This document shows positions 8,991 through 17,175 of a stretch of 32,943 nucleotides of DNA, in pieces (the first letter of the stretch is position 1; the number at the start of each line of letters is the position of its first letter). This stretch comes from Myxococcota bacterium (GTDB lineage Bacteria; Myxococcota_A; UBA9160; UBA4427). The notes beneath the pieces were generated by a model, which was not told the DNA's origin, made no database searches, and saw only the letters and a list, made by a program, of their open reading frames with translations. The stretch lies in assembly GCA_036336835.1 (NCBI GenBank), contig JAYZFK010000003.1, forward strand, positions 1-32,943, written 5' to 3'. Both the position numbers and the translations under genes were made by a program.

Positions 8991-10121
8991 TCAGGGAAGC
9001 GTGCGCTCGAAGAATTCGTAAGCGTCGCCGGCGATCAATGCGTGGATGGCGGCGCGATCGACGCCCGGCTGCTCCTCGCACAGATCGCCGAGGACGAGCC
9101 GTCCCGCCCAGCCGCAGCGGCTCAAGAAGGTGTAGTGCCCCACGTCTGGCAGCACCCACAGCTCGGCTTGCGGCGCGTCGCGAGCCAGGACGCGAGCGTT
9201 TGTGTCGGCGGGTGCGAGCTCATCGCGGTCGCCGACCACGATCCGGATCGGAACACCGATGGCCTTCGCGCCGGCGGCGGGCATCGCGTCGATCACTGCG
9301 GGTGCGATGGCGTAGGCCGCGCGCACGCGCGGGTCGCGATGAGACTCGTCAGCACGCAGCAGCGATGCGCGGACCATCGGGTCGTCCTGCTCGATCAGCG
9401 CCAGCAGGTCGTCGATTCCGAAGGGCGACTCGGGCGGCGGCTCGCAACTCGTGGCTTGCGCGGCGGGGCTCTGGCAGAACGCGTAGTAGGTCTCGGTGTC
9501 GAGCCGGCCGCCGGCGAGCAGCGCAACGGTATTCCCACCGAGTGAGAAGCCCGCTGCACCGATTCGCTCGGGGTCGATCGACGGGCCGAATAGGGGATCC
9601 GCGAGCAGGTGATCGAGCAGGAGTGCCAGATCCCGGGGCCGCTCCCAGAAGAGGAAGAAGCCCTGGGCCGAGAGATCATCGCTGGCGATCGAGTTCCCGT
9701 GGTGCGTGATGGCGGCGGCGAGGTAGCCGCGTGCCACCAGCCACTCCGCCAGCCAGGACAGATCCCGTCCGGAGCCGCCCGTCCCGTGAGAGAGCAGCAC
9801 GAGCGGTCGCCGGGTGGCAGGCGCCAGCAGTGCCGCCTCCGCTGCGGCGTAGCCCTGTTGGAAGACGGGGAGCCCGGGCGGTCCCAGCGAGAGCGCGTCC
9901 TCTGCGGCCGAGTCCTGCGCCGGGTACCAGATGGTGGCCGAGAGCGGCCACTCGCCGCTGCCGTCCCAGCGTTGCCGTCCGGGATCGCTCCATTGCCGCT
10001 CGACGATTCCGACCTTGCCCGGGCGCTCCGGTGGCCCGCCCTGGCAGGCCAGTAGCAAGCCGAGCGCTGCGCCAGTCCACCAGATCGCGCTGCGCCGGTT
10101 CACGGTGCGTCCACAGTTCAC
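8991..10121 (-). CDS. Alpha/beta-hydrolase lipoprotein (dienelactone hydrolase/PAF-acetylhydrolase-like)
   Basis: Lipobox LLLAC; IWYPA, PLVLLSHGTGG, WERPRD, nucleophile GFSLGG, GDRDEL, GHYTFL. Two in-frame GTG starts (10121 and 10103) arise from an 18-bp duplication. Confidence 0.85.
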   Translation of the reverse strand: MNCGRTVNRRSAIWWTGAALGLLLACQGGPPERPGKVGIVERQWSDPGRQRWDGSGEWPLSATIWYPAQDSAAEDALSLGPPGLPVFQQGYAAAEAALLAPATRRPLVLLSHGTGGSGRDLSWLAEWLVARGYLAAAITHHGNSIASDDLSAQGFFLFWERPRDLALLLDHLLADPLFGPSIDPERIGAAGFSLGGNTVALLAGGRLDTETYYAFCQSPAAQATSCEPPPESPFGIDDLLALIEQDDPMVRASLLRADESHRDPRVRAAYAIAPAVIDAMPAAGAKAIGVPIRIVVGDRDELAPADTNARVLARDAPQAELWVLPDVGHYTFLSRCGWAGRLVLGDLCEEQPGVDRAAIHALIAGDAYEFFERTLP

Positions 10122-10133
10122 GGTGCGTCCACA
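10098..10133. repeat. Exact 18-bp tandem duplication GTTCACGGTGCGTCCACA x2
   Basis: Copies at 10098-10115 and 10116-10133, read directly from the sequence. Confidence 0.95.
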
Positions 10134-10984
10134 ACTGGGAGCCAGTACTCGAAGGGACGGTTGGCATCCGCAGAATGCATGTCGACCTCCACTCCGCCCA
10201 CGTATTCGAAGGGCGCGTTCGGGAGCCAGTCGACCAACACGTGCAGGATCGTGTCGGGCAGGGAAGTCGCCGGCCCGGTGTGCTCGAAGACCGCGTAGCG
10301 CGTCGGCGGTACCCGCTTGTGGGCCATGCCCGCTGCCAGCTCGTCCACGCATTCGACCCGTGTGCCGGCCAGGTAGACGAGCTCGTCGAAGCGCTCGGGC
10401 GTCTCACTGAGAAAGCAGAGCCCGTAGTCGTCGTCCCCGGCGGTTGTGACCTCGGGCTTGCGCTCGCGGAAGCGCCGCCAGAGTGCCGGGATGATCTCCC
10501 GGTTGTCGCTGCCATCGGACAGTACCGAGATGAAGCGCGCCTGCAGACCCACGTAGTCGCGAGCGTCCTGCTCGACGATGCGCGGCTCGCCGCCCGCGAG
10601 ACCCCGTCTGATCTCGAGCTGCTGGCGTGTGAGTGCGGGCAGCGTCAGGCCGGGTGCCCGCTCGCCCCGCGCGCGGAAGCGTCCCGGTGGCATGCCGAAG
10701 TGCTGAGAGAAAGCGCGCGTGAAGGCCTCCTGGGATTCGAACCCCGCCTCGAATGCGATCTCGAGGATGCGGCGATCGCTCTCGAGCAGCGCCTCCACCG
10801 AGCGAGAGAGCCGACGCTTCCGCGCGTAGCCGCCCACCGTCTCCCCCACCAGAGCATGGAAGAGCCGCTGAAAGTGGGCCGGGGACAGGCCCGCCGCCCG
10901 CGCGATTTCGGCGACCTGCGGCCCCTCCTCGAGGTGCGCCTCGATGAACTCGACCGATTCCTGGATCGCGCGCAGTGCGTCCAT
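10118..10984 (-). CDS. AraC family transcriptional regulator with C-terminal GyrI-like effector-binding domain (Rob-like)
   Basis: N-terminal double HTH (LSPAHFQRLF...ILEIAFEAGFESQEAFTRAFSQHFGMPPG); C-terminal IPALWRRF, YAVFEHTG and EYWLPV. Confidence 0.92.
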   Translation of the reverse strand: MDALRAIQESVEFIEAHLEEGPQVAEIARAAGLSPAHFQRLFHALVGETVGGYARKRRLSRSVEALLESDRRILEIAFEAGFESQEAFTRAFSQHFGMPPGRFRARGERAPGLTLPALTRQQLEIRRGLAGGEPRIVEQDARDYVGLQARFISVLSDGSDNREIIPALWRRFRERKPEVTTAGDDDYGLCFLSETPERFDELVYLAGTRVECVDELAAGMAHKRVPPTRYAVFEHTGPATSLPDTILHVLVDWLPNAPFEYVGGVEVDMHSADANRPFEYWLPVVDAP

Positions 10985-11077
10985 GGCTGCAAGGAGTAGC
11001 AGGGCTGGCAGCAGGTCACTTGACCGAAACTGCTTCGCCCGGCACGCCCTGCTGCAGTCCAGCGCTTCCAGGCGGGG

Positions 11078-11233
11078 CTAGAGCGGGCCTCGCAGGCCGA
11101 GGCGCACGATTCGCCCGGCCAGCAGGACCTGGTCGTTGTTGATGGCGATGGGATTGCGCGCTGCTTCGTCCGTGAGGTTCTGGGCAGCCAGGCTGACCTC
11201 GAGGGTCAGCCGCTCGCTGGAGCGGGGCAGCAC
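11078..11233 (-). pseudogene. Decayed C-terminal remnant of a TonB-dependent receptor
   Basis: LEVSLAAQNLTDEAARNPIAINNDQVLLAGRIVRLGLRGPL* resembles the TBDR terminal pattern NL.D...PGR....G....F, but PGR reads AGR, the terminal Phe is absent and no upstream barrel sequence exists. Confidence 0.6.
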
Positions 11234-11294
11234 AGTCCGCGATCTCGTCGCTGCGCGGTGTACCGATGCCGGTGCGTTCAGCCGGGCGTCTGGC

Positions 11295-12245
11295 TCAGCG
11301 ACACGAGCCCGCGCGAACTGCACGAACGGAGTGGGCGAACGCTTTGCCGTCGCCATAGACCAGGCCACCGCCCAGGGACGCCAGCCACGCGACCCCCGGA
11401 AAGCTGGGGACACTGGACGCCGACCAATGATCCGACGACGCCGTGGGGCTGCCTAACGCCGCAAAGGCCTGATCGATGCAGGGCGGCGCGTCACAAGACC
11501 CGGATTGTCCGGGTGCGGAGGCCGTCCCGACCAGAATCGTCTGAAACTCCGCAATCTTCGGCAGGCGCCACCCGCAGTCGTTCGCAAAGCACCCGTTGGC
11601 GGCGACGGGGTCGTGGTCTCCATTCAACCGAGCGAGGAAGTCCAGGTGCACACCGCCGTCCGGGGCCGTACCCGTGATCGACCACGCATAGATGTTGTTG
11701 ACATCGTGGGGGTCGGTACAGATCGTGACAGAGCATTCCACGCTCGCGGCAGGGGTCCCCGTCTTCTGCTCCCACAGCAAACCCGTGTCGTGGTCCGCCA
11801 CCGTACCGTCGCCGCAGTCTTCGAAGCGAACCGCGGGTGCGCCGCCTTCGAGCACTGTAATCCGACTGTCGTTGTCGTCCACCGCCGACTTGACCGCAGC
11901 GAAATTCGCGTTCACCTCGTTCGCATCCGCCACCGTCCCGTTCGAGAACGCGTTCGGCAGGGTGACCGTCGCCGACGCCACCGCGAGTGGCACCGCGAGC
12001 AGCACCAGCTGCAGGGGCAGGCCCAGCCCAGGCCGCCGCTTGCGCAGCGTCCACACCGCCGCTGCCGAGAGCGTGAGTGCCAGCACGAGCAGGCCGAGCC
12101 AGCCCAGCGCGGGGACAGACGCCGCCTGCCCCCACAGCATGACCCCCCAGCTCTCGCTGGCCCAGTCTGCCATCGCCGGATCGGGGGCGCCCAGGACGCT
12201 GGCTAGCGCCGCGCCACCCAGCCAGCTCGATTTTCTGGGAGACAT
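11295..12245 (-). CDS. DUF1566 (Lcl C-terminal, C-type-lectin-like fold) protein with signal peptide, internal IPTL-CTERM-like sorting signal and a second signal peptide
   Basis: RFEDCGDGTVADHDTGLLWEQK, GWRLPKIAEFQTI, HWSAS and AW...VRAVR fit DUF1566. SVPALGWLGLLVLALTLSAAAVWTLRKRR occupies residues 43-71. GAGG RBS. Confidence 0.85.
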   Translation of the reverse strand: MSPRKSSWLGGAALASVLGAPDPAMADWASESWGVMLWGQAASVPALGWLGLLVLALTLSAAAVWTLRKRRPGLGLPLQLVLLAVPLAVASATVTLPNAFSNGTVADANEVNANFAAVKSAVDDNDSRITVLEGGAPAVRFEDCGDGTVADHDTGLLWEQKTGTPAASVECSVTICTDPHDVNNIYAWSITGTAPDGGVHLDFLARLNGDHDPVAANGCFANDCGWRLPKIAEFQTILVGTASAPGQSGSCDAPPCIDQAFAALGSPTASSDHWSASSVPSFPGVAWLASLGGGLVYGDGKAFAHSVRAVRAGSCR

Positions 12246-12407
12246 CCGACCTCGTTCTAAAACAAGTATTTTACCGAAGAAACATTTTACTAGTTAATCT
12301 AAGATCAAGCTCCAAATCCTCGGACGTCCGGAAGGCTGAGCACGGCAAGACGCCGAGCCGTGACCGATGTGCCCGCGGTTCGTCCGGTGAGCAGGATCGT
12401 GGGAGCA

Positions 12408-14363
12408 CTATCTTTCGATTCGCGCCGCCGCGACGATCAGGCCGAGTACCAGAGCGACCCACCCGAATCCCGGCACGGCCGGCACCGGCATCCCGCCGAA
12501 GTAGGTCAGCGCCCTGAAGAAGGCGTCCTCGCCGACCTGCTGTCCGATGTACCGGCCGGGGATGTCGTCGGCGGGGGGATGGATGCCGCCCCAGATGCGC
12601 GAAAGGCTCGTCTGGTCCGAGGCGTCGTTGTACGTGGCCCACTGCAGGGTGATGTCGATGCTTGGGCCATCCTCGAAGACCAGAAACTGGTTCTGAGGAC
12701 AAAGGAACTCGCCGAGTCCACCGGGAAAGAACACGGAGCCGGTCATGTTTGTCAGGACGACCGCGCCGGCGCGGCTGTAGGTACTGTGTCCGGACACGTA
12801 GCCGGCGAAGGGTGGTGTCACGAAGGTCGGGCGCTGGTACGGCCACCACTCCTCCACCAGGATCCAGCCAACTCCCGCCACGTCGATGTCCGGGTCGACG
12901 ATGAAGTCCGGGCCGCGCCAGGCGTAGACCGCAATCTTTCCCTCGGAGCCGGCCAGATGTTCGTGGCGCTCACCCGCTGCGGTCGTGGCAGCCGAGACCA
13001 GCTCGATCAGCCCGGGGTGCAGGTCGATGCCGTTGGGAGCGTACGACGCTGCGAGGGGATCGGATGACTGGCCTTGATCCGCCATGTAGCGCAACGCCGA
13101 GATCGGGCGCAGGTAGTCGTACCATCCCTTGATGCCCCAGGCCGACACGGCGCTGTCGTGCATCGCGCCGCCCAGGGCGAAGTACAGCTTTACGTCCCAC
13201 TCGAGATCGTCGAGAACGGGCCCGGTGCCTCCCAGGCGTTTCTCGGTCTGGGGGTGATCGGAAACGTAGTTGCCGATCACGAACCAGTGTCCGGGAGGTG
13301 TCTCGGAATCCGGCCCGTCGGCCCAGAACTCGGCGAGAACACGAGCGTAGTCGCCGCGCGGAACCAGCTGCGGGGTGTATGGCAGGCCCGTGATGGGATT
13401 GGACGCGTGCCCCGTTCCCCAGTCGCCGCCGTTGGAGAAGTCGTAAAAGCTCTGGAAGTCGTTCGGGTCGGGCAGCGCGGCATTGCCGATGGCCCCCGGC
13501 GAGATGTCGATCATCACGCCGTCGGCTGGATCGAGGTGGCTGGACCAGGCCGCCACCAGCTCGAAGCCCCACTTGTATGCGGCGTCGGTGGCCGTGCCAA
13601 TCTGCGGCGGAGCGCCGGGATCGTGGAACACCCAGTAGTCGAATCCGCCGCGGTTGTAGACGGTGCGGTCCGCAGTAGAGAGAGCGAAGGCGCTGACCTG
13701 ACCCCACTCCGGGCTCTGGAATGGGGGGGGGCCCGTTGGAATCGGATTGCCGGCCTGGTCGACGAAGAAGTCGAGGGCCAGCGGCTGCCAGCGGTTCGTG
13801 TCGGTGATCGTGGGGTTGCCGGGAAATGCCGGAAGCAGCGCCGCGTTGACCGGGGAGTAGAAGAGGTTCGCGTAGTTACCAAGCTCATTGGAGTTGTCGA
13901 GGTAGCCGAATTCCAGCACGGTTTCGGCGATCCGGTTGCCCAGTGCGGCCGGCGTGGCGCCAAAGGTCGTCGTGATGTTGATGTCGTAGCCGTGCGCGGC
14001 CATCAGGGCGTCGAAGGCTGCAAGCGACTCGATCTCGCCGGGTGAGCCGAGGAAGCGCTCCTCGAGGATGCGGTAGCAGGCGTAGCTCAGCGTTTCTGCC
14101 CGCGCGGCGGCGACGTCGACCGCCGACATCTTCTCGTCGTGCAGGTAGTTGAGCGCGGTCTCGTCGTAGGCCGCCCAGGCGTCCCACATCGCCACCGAGG
14201 TGTGCCAGAGGTTGCGCGCGTGAACGGTCGGTCGGGCGAAGTCTACGCGGATGGCGCTGAGCAGCGCCTCGTTCCACTGACGCGCGATCGACTGGGCTTT
14301 GCACGGTGAGGCGAGGGTCAGGACGGCGGCACAAACCACTAGTAACTCGAGTCGGGTGCACAT
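12408..14363 (-). CDS. Secreted vanadium-dependent haloperoxidase family protein (PAP2 superfamily) with C-terminal VP-TM sorting-like signal
   Basis: Signal peptide, then QSIARQWNEALL...RPTVHARN. Active-site motifs K-x6-RP (KGWYDYLRP), PPFAGYVSGHS and SRIWGGIH. Tail VPAVPGFGWVALVLGLIVAAARIER. Start may lie as far up as 14399. Confidence 0.88.
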   Translation of the reverse strand: MCTRLELLVVCAAVLTLASPCKAQSIARQWNEALLSAIRVDFARPTVHARNLWHTSVAMWDAWAAYDETALNYLHDEKMSAVDVAAARAETLSYACYRILEERFLGSPGEIESLAAFDALMAAHGYDINITTTFGATPAALGNRIAETVLEFGYLDNSNELGNYANLFYSPVNAALLPAFPGNPTITDTNRWQPLALDFFVDQAGNPIPTGPPPFQSPEWGQVSAFALSTADRTVYNRGGFDYWVFHDPGAPPQIGTATDAAYKWGFELVAAWSSHLDPADGVMIDISPGAIGNAALPDPNDFQSFYDFSNGGDWGTGHASNPITGLPYTPQLVPRGDYARVLAEFWADGPDSETPPGHWFVIGNYVSDHPQTEKRLGGTGPVLDDLEWDVKLYFALGGAMHDSAVSAWGIKGWYDYLRPISALRYMADQGQSSDPLAASYAPNGIDLHPGLIELVSAATTAAGERHEHLAGSEGKIAVYAWRGPDFIVDPDIDVAGVGWILVEEWWPYQRPTFVTPPFAGYVSGHSTYSRAGAVVLTNMTGSVFFPGGLGEFLCPQNQFLVFEDGPSIDITLQWATYNDASDQTSLSRIWGGIHPPADDIPGRYIGQQVGEDAFFRALTYFGGMPVPAVPGFGWVALVLGLIVAAARIER

Positions 14364-14726
14364 CCGAACCGCGGCAGCGAGAACCATCATCAGCGTCACC
14401 TAGGGGCGATTAGCAAGCCGTCGTGGGTCGTTCCCAGCCTACTCTTCACTCGTCAGCGCCTCCATCCAACCTGCCCAGTCGTGCTGTGTCAAGGACGCGT
14501 GGTGCGAGGCGCCAGCAGATCGCCCTTCCCCTCTCGGGCGCCTCGTCACGACGACAGCGCGCGCCACCGCCGAGCCGATCCAGCAAGTAGAGTGACGGAT
14601 GGCCGAGGCCGTCTTCCGCGGGCATCGGTTGGGACTCGGGGCGTCCTGAAGTGACCACGCGGAGACGCGGCGGACGTGTGGCGAGGCTCGCAATTTGCCT
14701 CGACGCGCCGACGAACAGGAGAGCCG

Positions 14727-15959
14727 ATGCTGCGCCGACACCGATGGAAGGGCGGTCTCCAACTCGCCACCCGAGCGACGGGGTCGCTGGCGCGGATCGG
14801 GATCGACGCTGCGGGTGAAGCGTTCGGTGCGTCGCTCCCGCGCACGCCAGAGCAGATCGCTCGCCCCGAGGTGATCAACGATCTCGTGCGGCGCTACGCA
14901 CCTCCCGGCGCGGAGCCCCTTCCTCACGTGCGTGCGGTTCAGCTACCGGGAGTCGAATTCGAGAGCAGCAACTGCAGAAACTTTCTCGTCGAATTGGAGT
15001 TCGAGGACCCCGAGGCTCGCGAAGGCCTCCCCGGAACCGCTTACGTGAAGCTCCCCTGCGATGAGCTCATGACGCGCTCGTTCGCCAACACGCTCGGCTT
15101 CTGGGCCCTCGAATGCACGTTCTGTGAGCGCGTGGCCCAGCACATCCCGATCCGTGTGCCGCGCGTCTATGCCGCGGCGCAACGAGGTGCGCGCTTCGTT
15201 TTGCTGCTCGAGAACCTTCGCGAGATTCCCGGCGTCGAGCTCTTCGTCAATCGTGACATGGCTGCCGGCACGAGTCCCGAGCGGGCCGCACGCGTTCTGC
15301 GAAGCTTCGCACGGATGCACGCGGAGTTCTGGGGCTGGTCGGAGCGTGATCGGGAGAAGCTCCTGCCCATCGAGCTCAATACCTTCCTCGCGCCGAAATC
15401 GCGCGAGCTGACTCGAGCCCTCAACGCCTCGGCCATCGGTCCTGCGATGCGCGCCGCGCCGGATCTCCTCTCCCGACGCATCGGCGAGACGGTTCGGCGC
15501 GCGATCGAGGAATGGGACACGCTCCTCGACGCCTGGTACGAGGGCCCGCTCACGCTGGTGCACGGCGACAGTCATCTCGGCAACTGCTTCGAGTACCCGA
15601 CCTCAGAGGGGCTCCGCGTGGGCCTGATCGACTTTCAGGCAACCCACTGGAGCAAGGGCATGCGAGATGTGCAGTACTTCCTGATCAATTCGCTGGAGAC
15701 CGATGTTCTCGAGGCGAACGAAACGGAGCTGATCGGCGGGTACTGCGACGAACTGGCAAGCCGCGGCGTGGCGCTCTCGAGACGGGATGCCTTCGACCAG
15801 TACCGCGCCTTCTCGTTCCAGACATTGATGGTCGGTGTCGTGCCGCTCGGGCTCGGATCTCTCACCGAGCGCGACGCGACGGTCCGCGCGATCACCCGCC
15901 GTAGTGCCGCCGCCGTCGAACGGCTCGGCTTTCGCGAGTGGTTGGAAGCTCTTCGCTGA
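14727..15959 (+). CDS. Phosphotransferase, APH/choline kinase/ecdysteroid-kinase-like
   Basis: AYVKLP, LLLENL, Brenner motif TLVHGDSHLGN, LIDFQ and DVQYFL; AGGAGA RBS before ATG 14727. Confidence 0.88.
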   Translation: MLRRHRWKGGLQLATRATGSLARIGIDAAGEAFGASLPRTPEQIARPEVINDLVRRYAPPGAEPLPHVRAVQLPGVEFESSNCRNFLVELEFEDPEAREGLPGTAYVKLPCDELMTRSFANTLGFWALECTFCERVAQHIPIRVPRVYAAAQRGARFVLLLENLREIPGVELFVNRDMAAGTSPERAARVLRSFARMHAEFWGWSERDREKLLPIELNTFLAPKSRELTRALNASAIGPAMRAAPDLLSRRIGETVRRAIEEWDTLLDAWYEGPLTLVHGDSHLGNCFEYPTSEGLRVGLIDFQATHWSKGMRDVQYFLINSLETDVLEANETELIGGYCDELASRGVALSRRDAFDQYRAFSFQTLMVGVVPLGLGSLTERDATVRAITRRSAAAVERLGFREWLEALR

Positions 15960-15993
15960 GCCGCGGGCGATCGTCCGGTGGCGTTCGGCGCGA

Positions 15994-17106
15994 TCAGCTG
16001 CGCTCGAGCGCGTGCACGAGCGCGCCCGCACCGGTGACGAGCATCAGGACGCCCAGCACCACGACCCAGGAGCCCCCCGGCCCGGGCACGGCTGTGGCCA
16101 CCAGGAGCGAGCGCGCGTTCTTGCAGGCGATCTTCTCGGCGGCGTCCTGCGAGAGCTCTCCGAGCACGCCGCGGTAGTAGCTCACGACCTCGGCAAGCTG
16201 GCTCCAGCGGTCCTCGGAGGCGAGGTCGAGCCCGATCAGGAAGCGGTCGGGGTGATCCTCGAAGAGCTGCTTCCAGTCCGGATCGAGGCTTCCCGTGCCC
16301 ATGGGTTCCCCGCTGAGTGATTGATGCTCGACCGGCCAGCCGCGTACGAAGTACGGGTTGCGGCTGGAGAGGTCGGCGTAGAGGTTGGTGTAGTCCTCGA
16401 TCAGCGTGCGCACCAGCGTGGGCCCGGTGTCGCCCAGGTGGGCCCAGATGAAGATCGTCTCCGGATTGGTGGACAGCGCTGAACGCAGCTCCAGGACTCG
16501 TGACGCGATGTCGGTGTCGGGAGCGCTCTTGTCGCGGGTCTCGAAGTGAATCGAGACGGGGACCCCGCGCGCGGCGGCCTCGGCGTAGAGATCCATGGCA
16601 ACCGCCTGATTGGCCGGGATGTTCGCAGCCAGGGCGGCCGGGCCGCTGTGTCGCAGGATCGTCTCGCCGATCCCGCGCGCGCCGGCATCGAGCTGCGCCT
16701 GGACGAAGGCGAGGGTGGTGGCATCGAAGGTCTTCTCGCCGCCCGGCCCTGCAACGTGGAGAGGGTTGACGTAGGCGAACACTACGTCGGTCCCAGACGA
16801 CTGCAGCGCGAGTGCGATCGCGAGCTCCGCCGGATCGAGCGTGCCGAGCGCGAGCATTCCGAGAGAGACGCCCTGGGCTGCCAGCGTGGCGAGGTCGGCT
16901 TGCGCTTCCGCCAGACTGGCAACACGCAAGTGGTCGTGCCCATCGAACAGCTGCATGGTCGACGCTGGCACTGCGGTGTCGCAGTCGAACTCCTCCAGCG
17001 CACGCGCCGCGCCCGGCGTCCACAGCACGCCGGCACTCAGGAGCCCCGCGACGAAACCGACGATCGTCCGGTGACGAATGGCTGACGCCCTCCGCGCTCC
17101 CCCCAT
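15994..17106 (-). CDS. Secreted amidohydrolase (TIM-barrel metallohydrolase) with C-terminal VP-TM tail
   Basis: Signal peptide ending ARA; FDGHDH, GIGE, SIHFE, WAHLG, YADLS, DRFLIGLD and KNARSL; tail VPGPGGSWVVVLGVLMLVTGAGALVHALERS. TATAAT lies 11 nt upstream (17123-17118). Confidence 0.85.
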   Translation of the reverse strand: MGGARRASAIRHRTIVGFVAGLLSAGVLWTPGAARALEEFDCDTAVPASTMQLFDGHDHLRVASLAEAQADLATLAAQGVSLGMLALGTLDPAELAIALALQSSGTDVVFAYVNPLHVAGPGGEKTFDATTLAFVQAQLDAGARGIGETILRHSGPAALAANIPANQAVAMDLYAEAAARGVPVSIHFETRDKSAPDTDIASRVLELRSALSTNPETIFIWAHLGDTGPTLVRTLIEDYTNLYADLSSRNPYFVRGWPVEHQSLSGEPMGTGSLDPDWKQLFEDHPDRFLIGLDLASEDRWSQLAEVVSYYRGVLGELSQDAAEKIACKNARSLLVATAVPGPGGSWVVVLGVLMLVTGAGALVHALERS

Positions 17107-17175
17107 CGCGGATCTGAATTATAGGCGCCGTCGCGCAGGTACGGCTTCGAAGCCTGCCCAGGCGGCGAGAGCCTC

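Noticed and set aside
14439..14660. Possible gene fragments (PSLYLLDRLG; QHDWAGWMEALTSEE) upstream of the haloperoxidase
   Set aside because: Only a faint resemblance to a redoxin C-terminus, split over two frames, with no CxxC; not supportable without a search.
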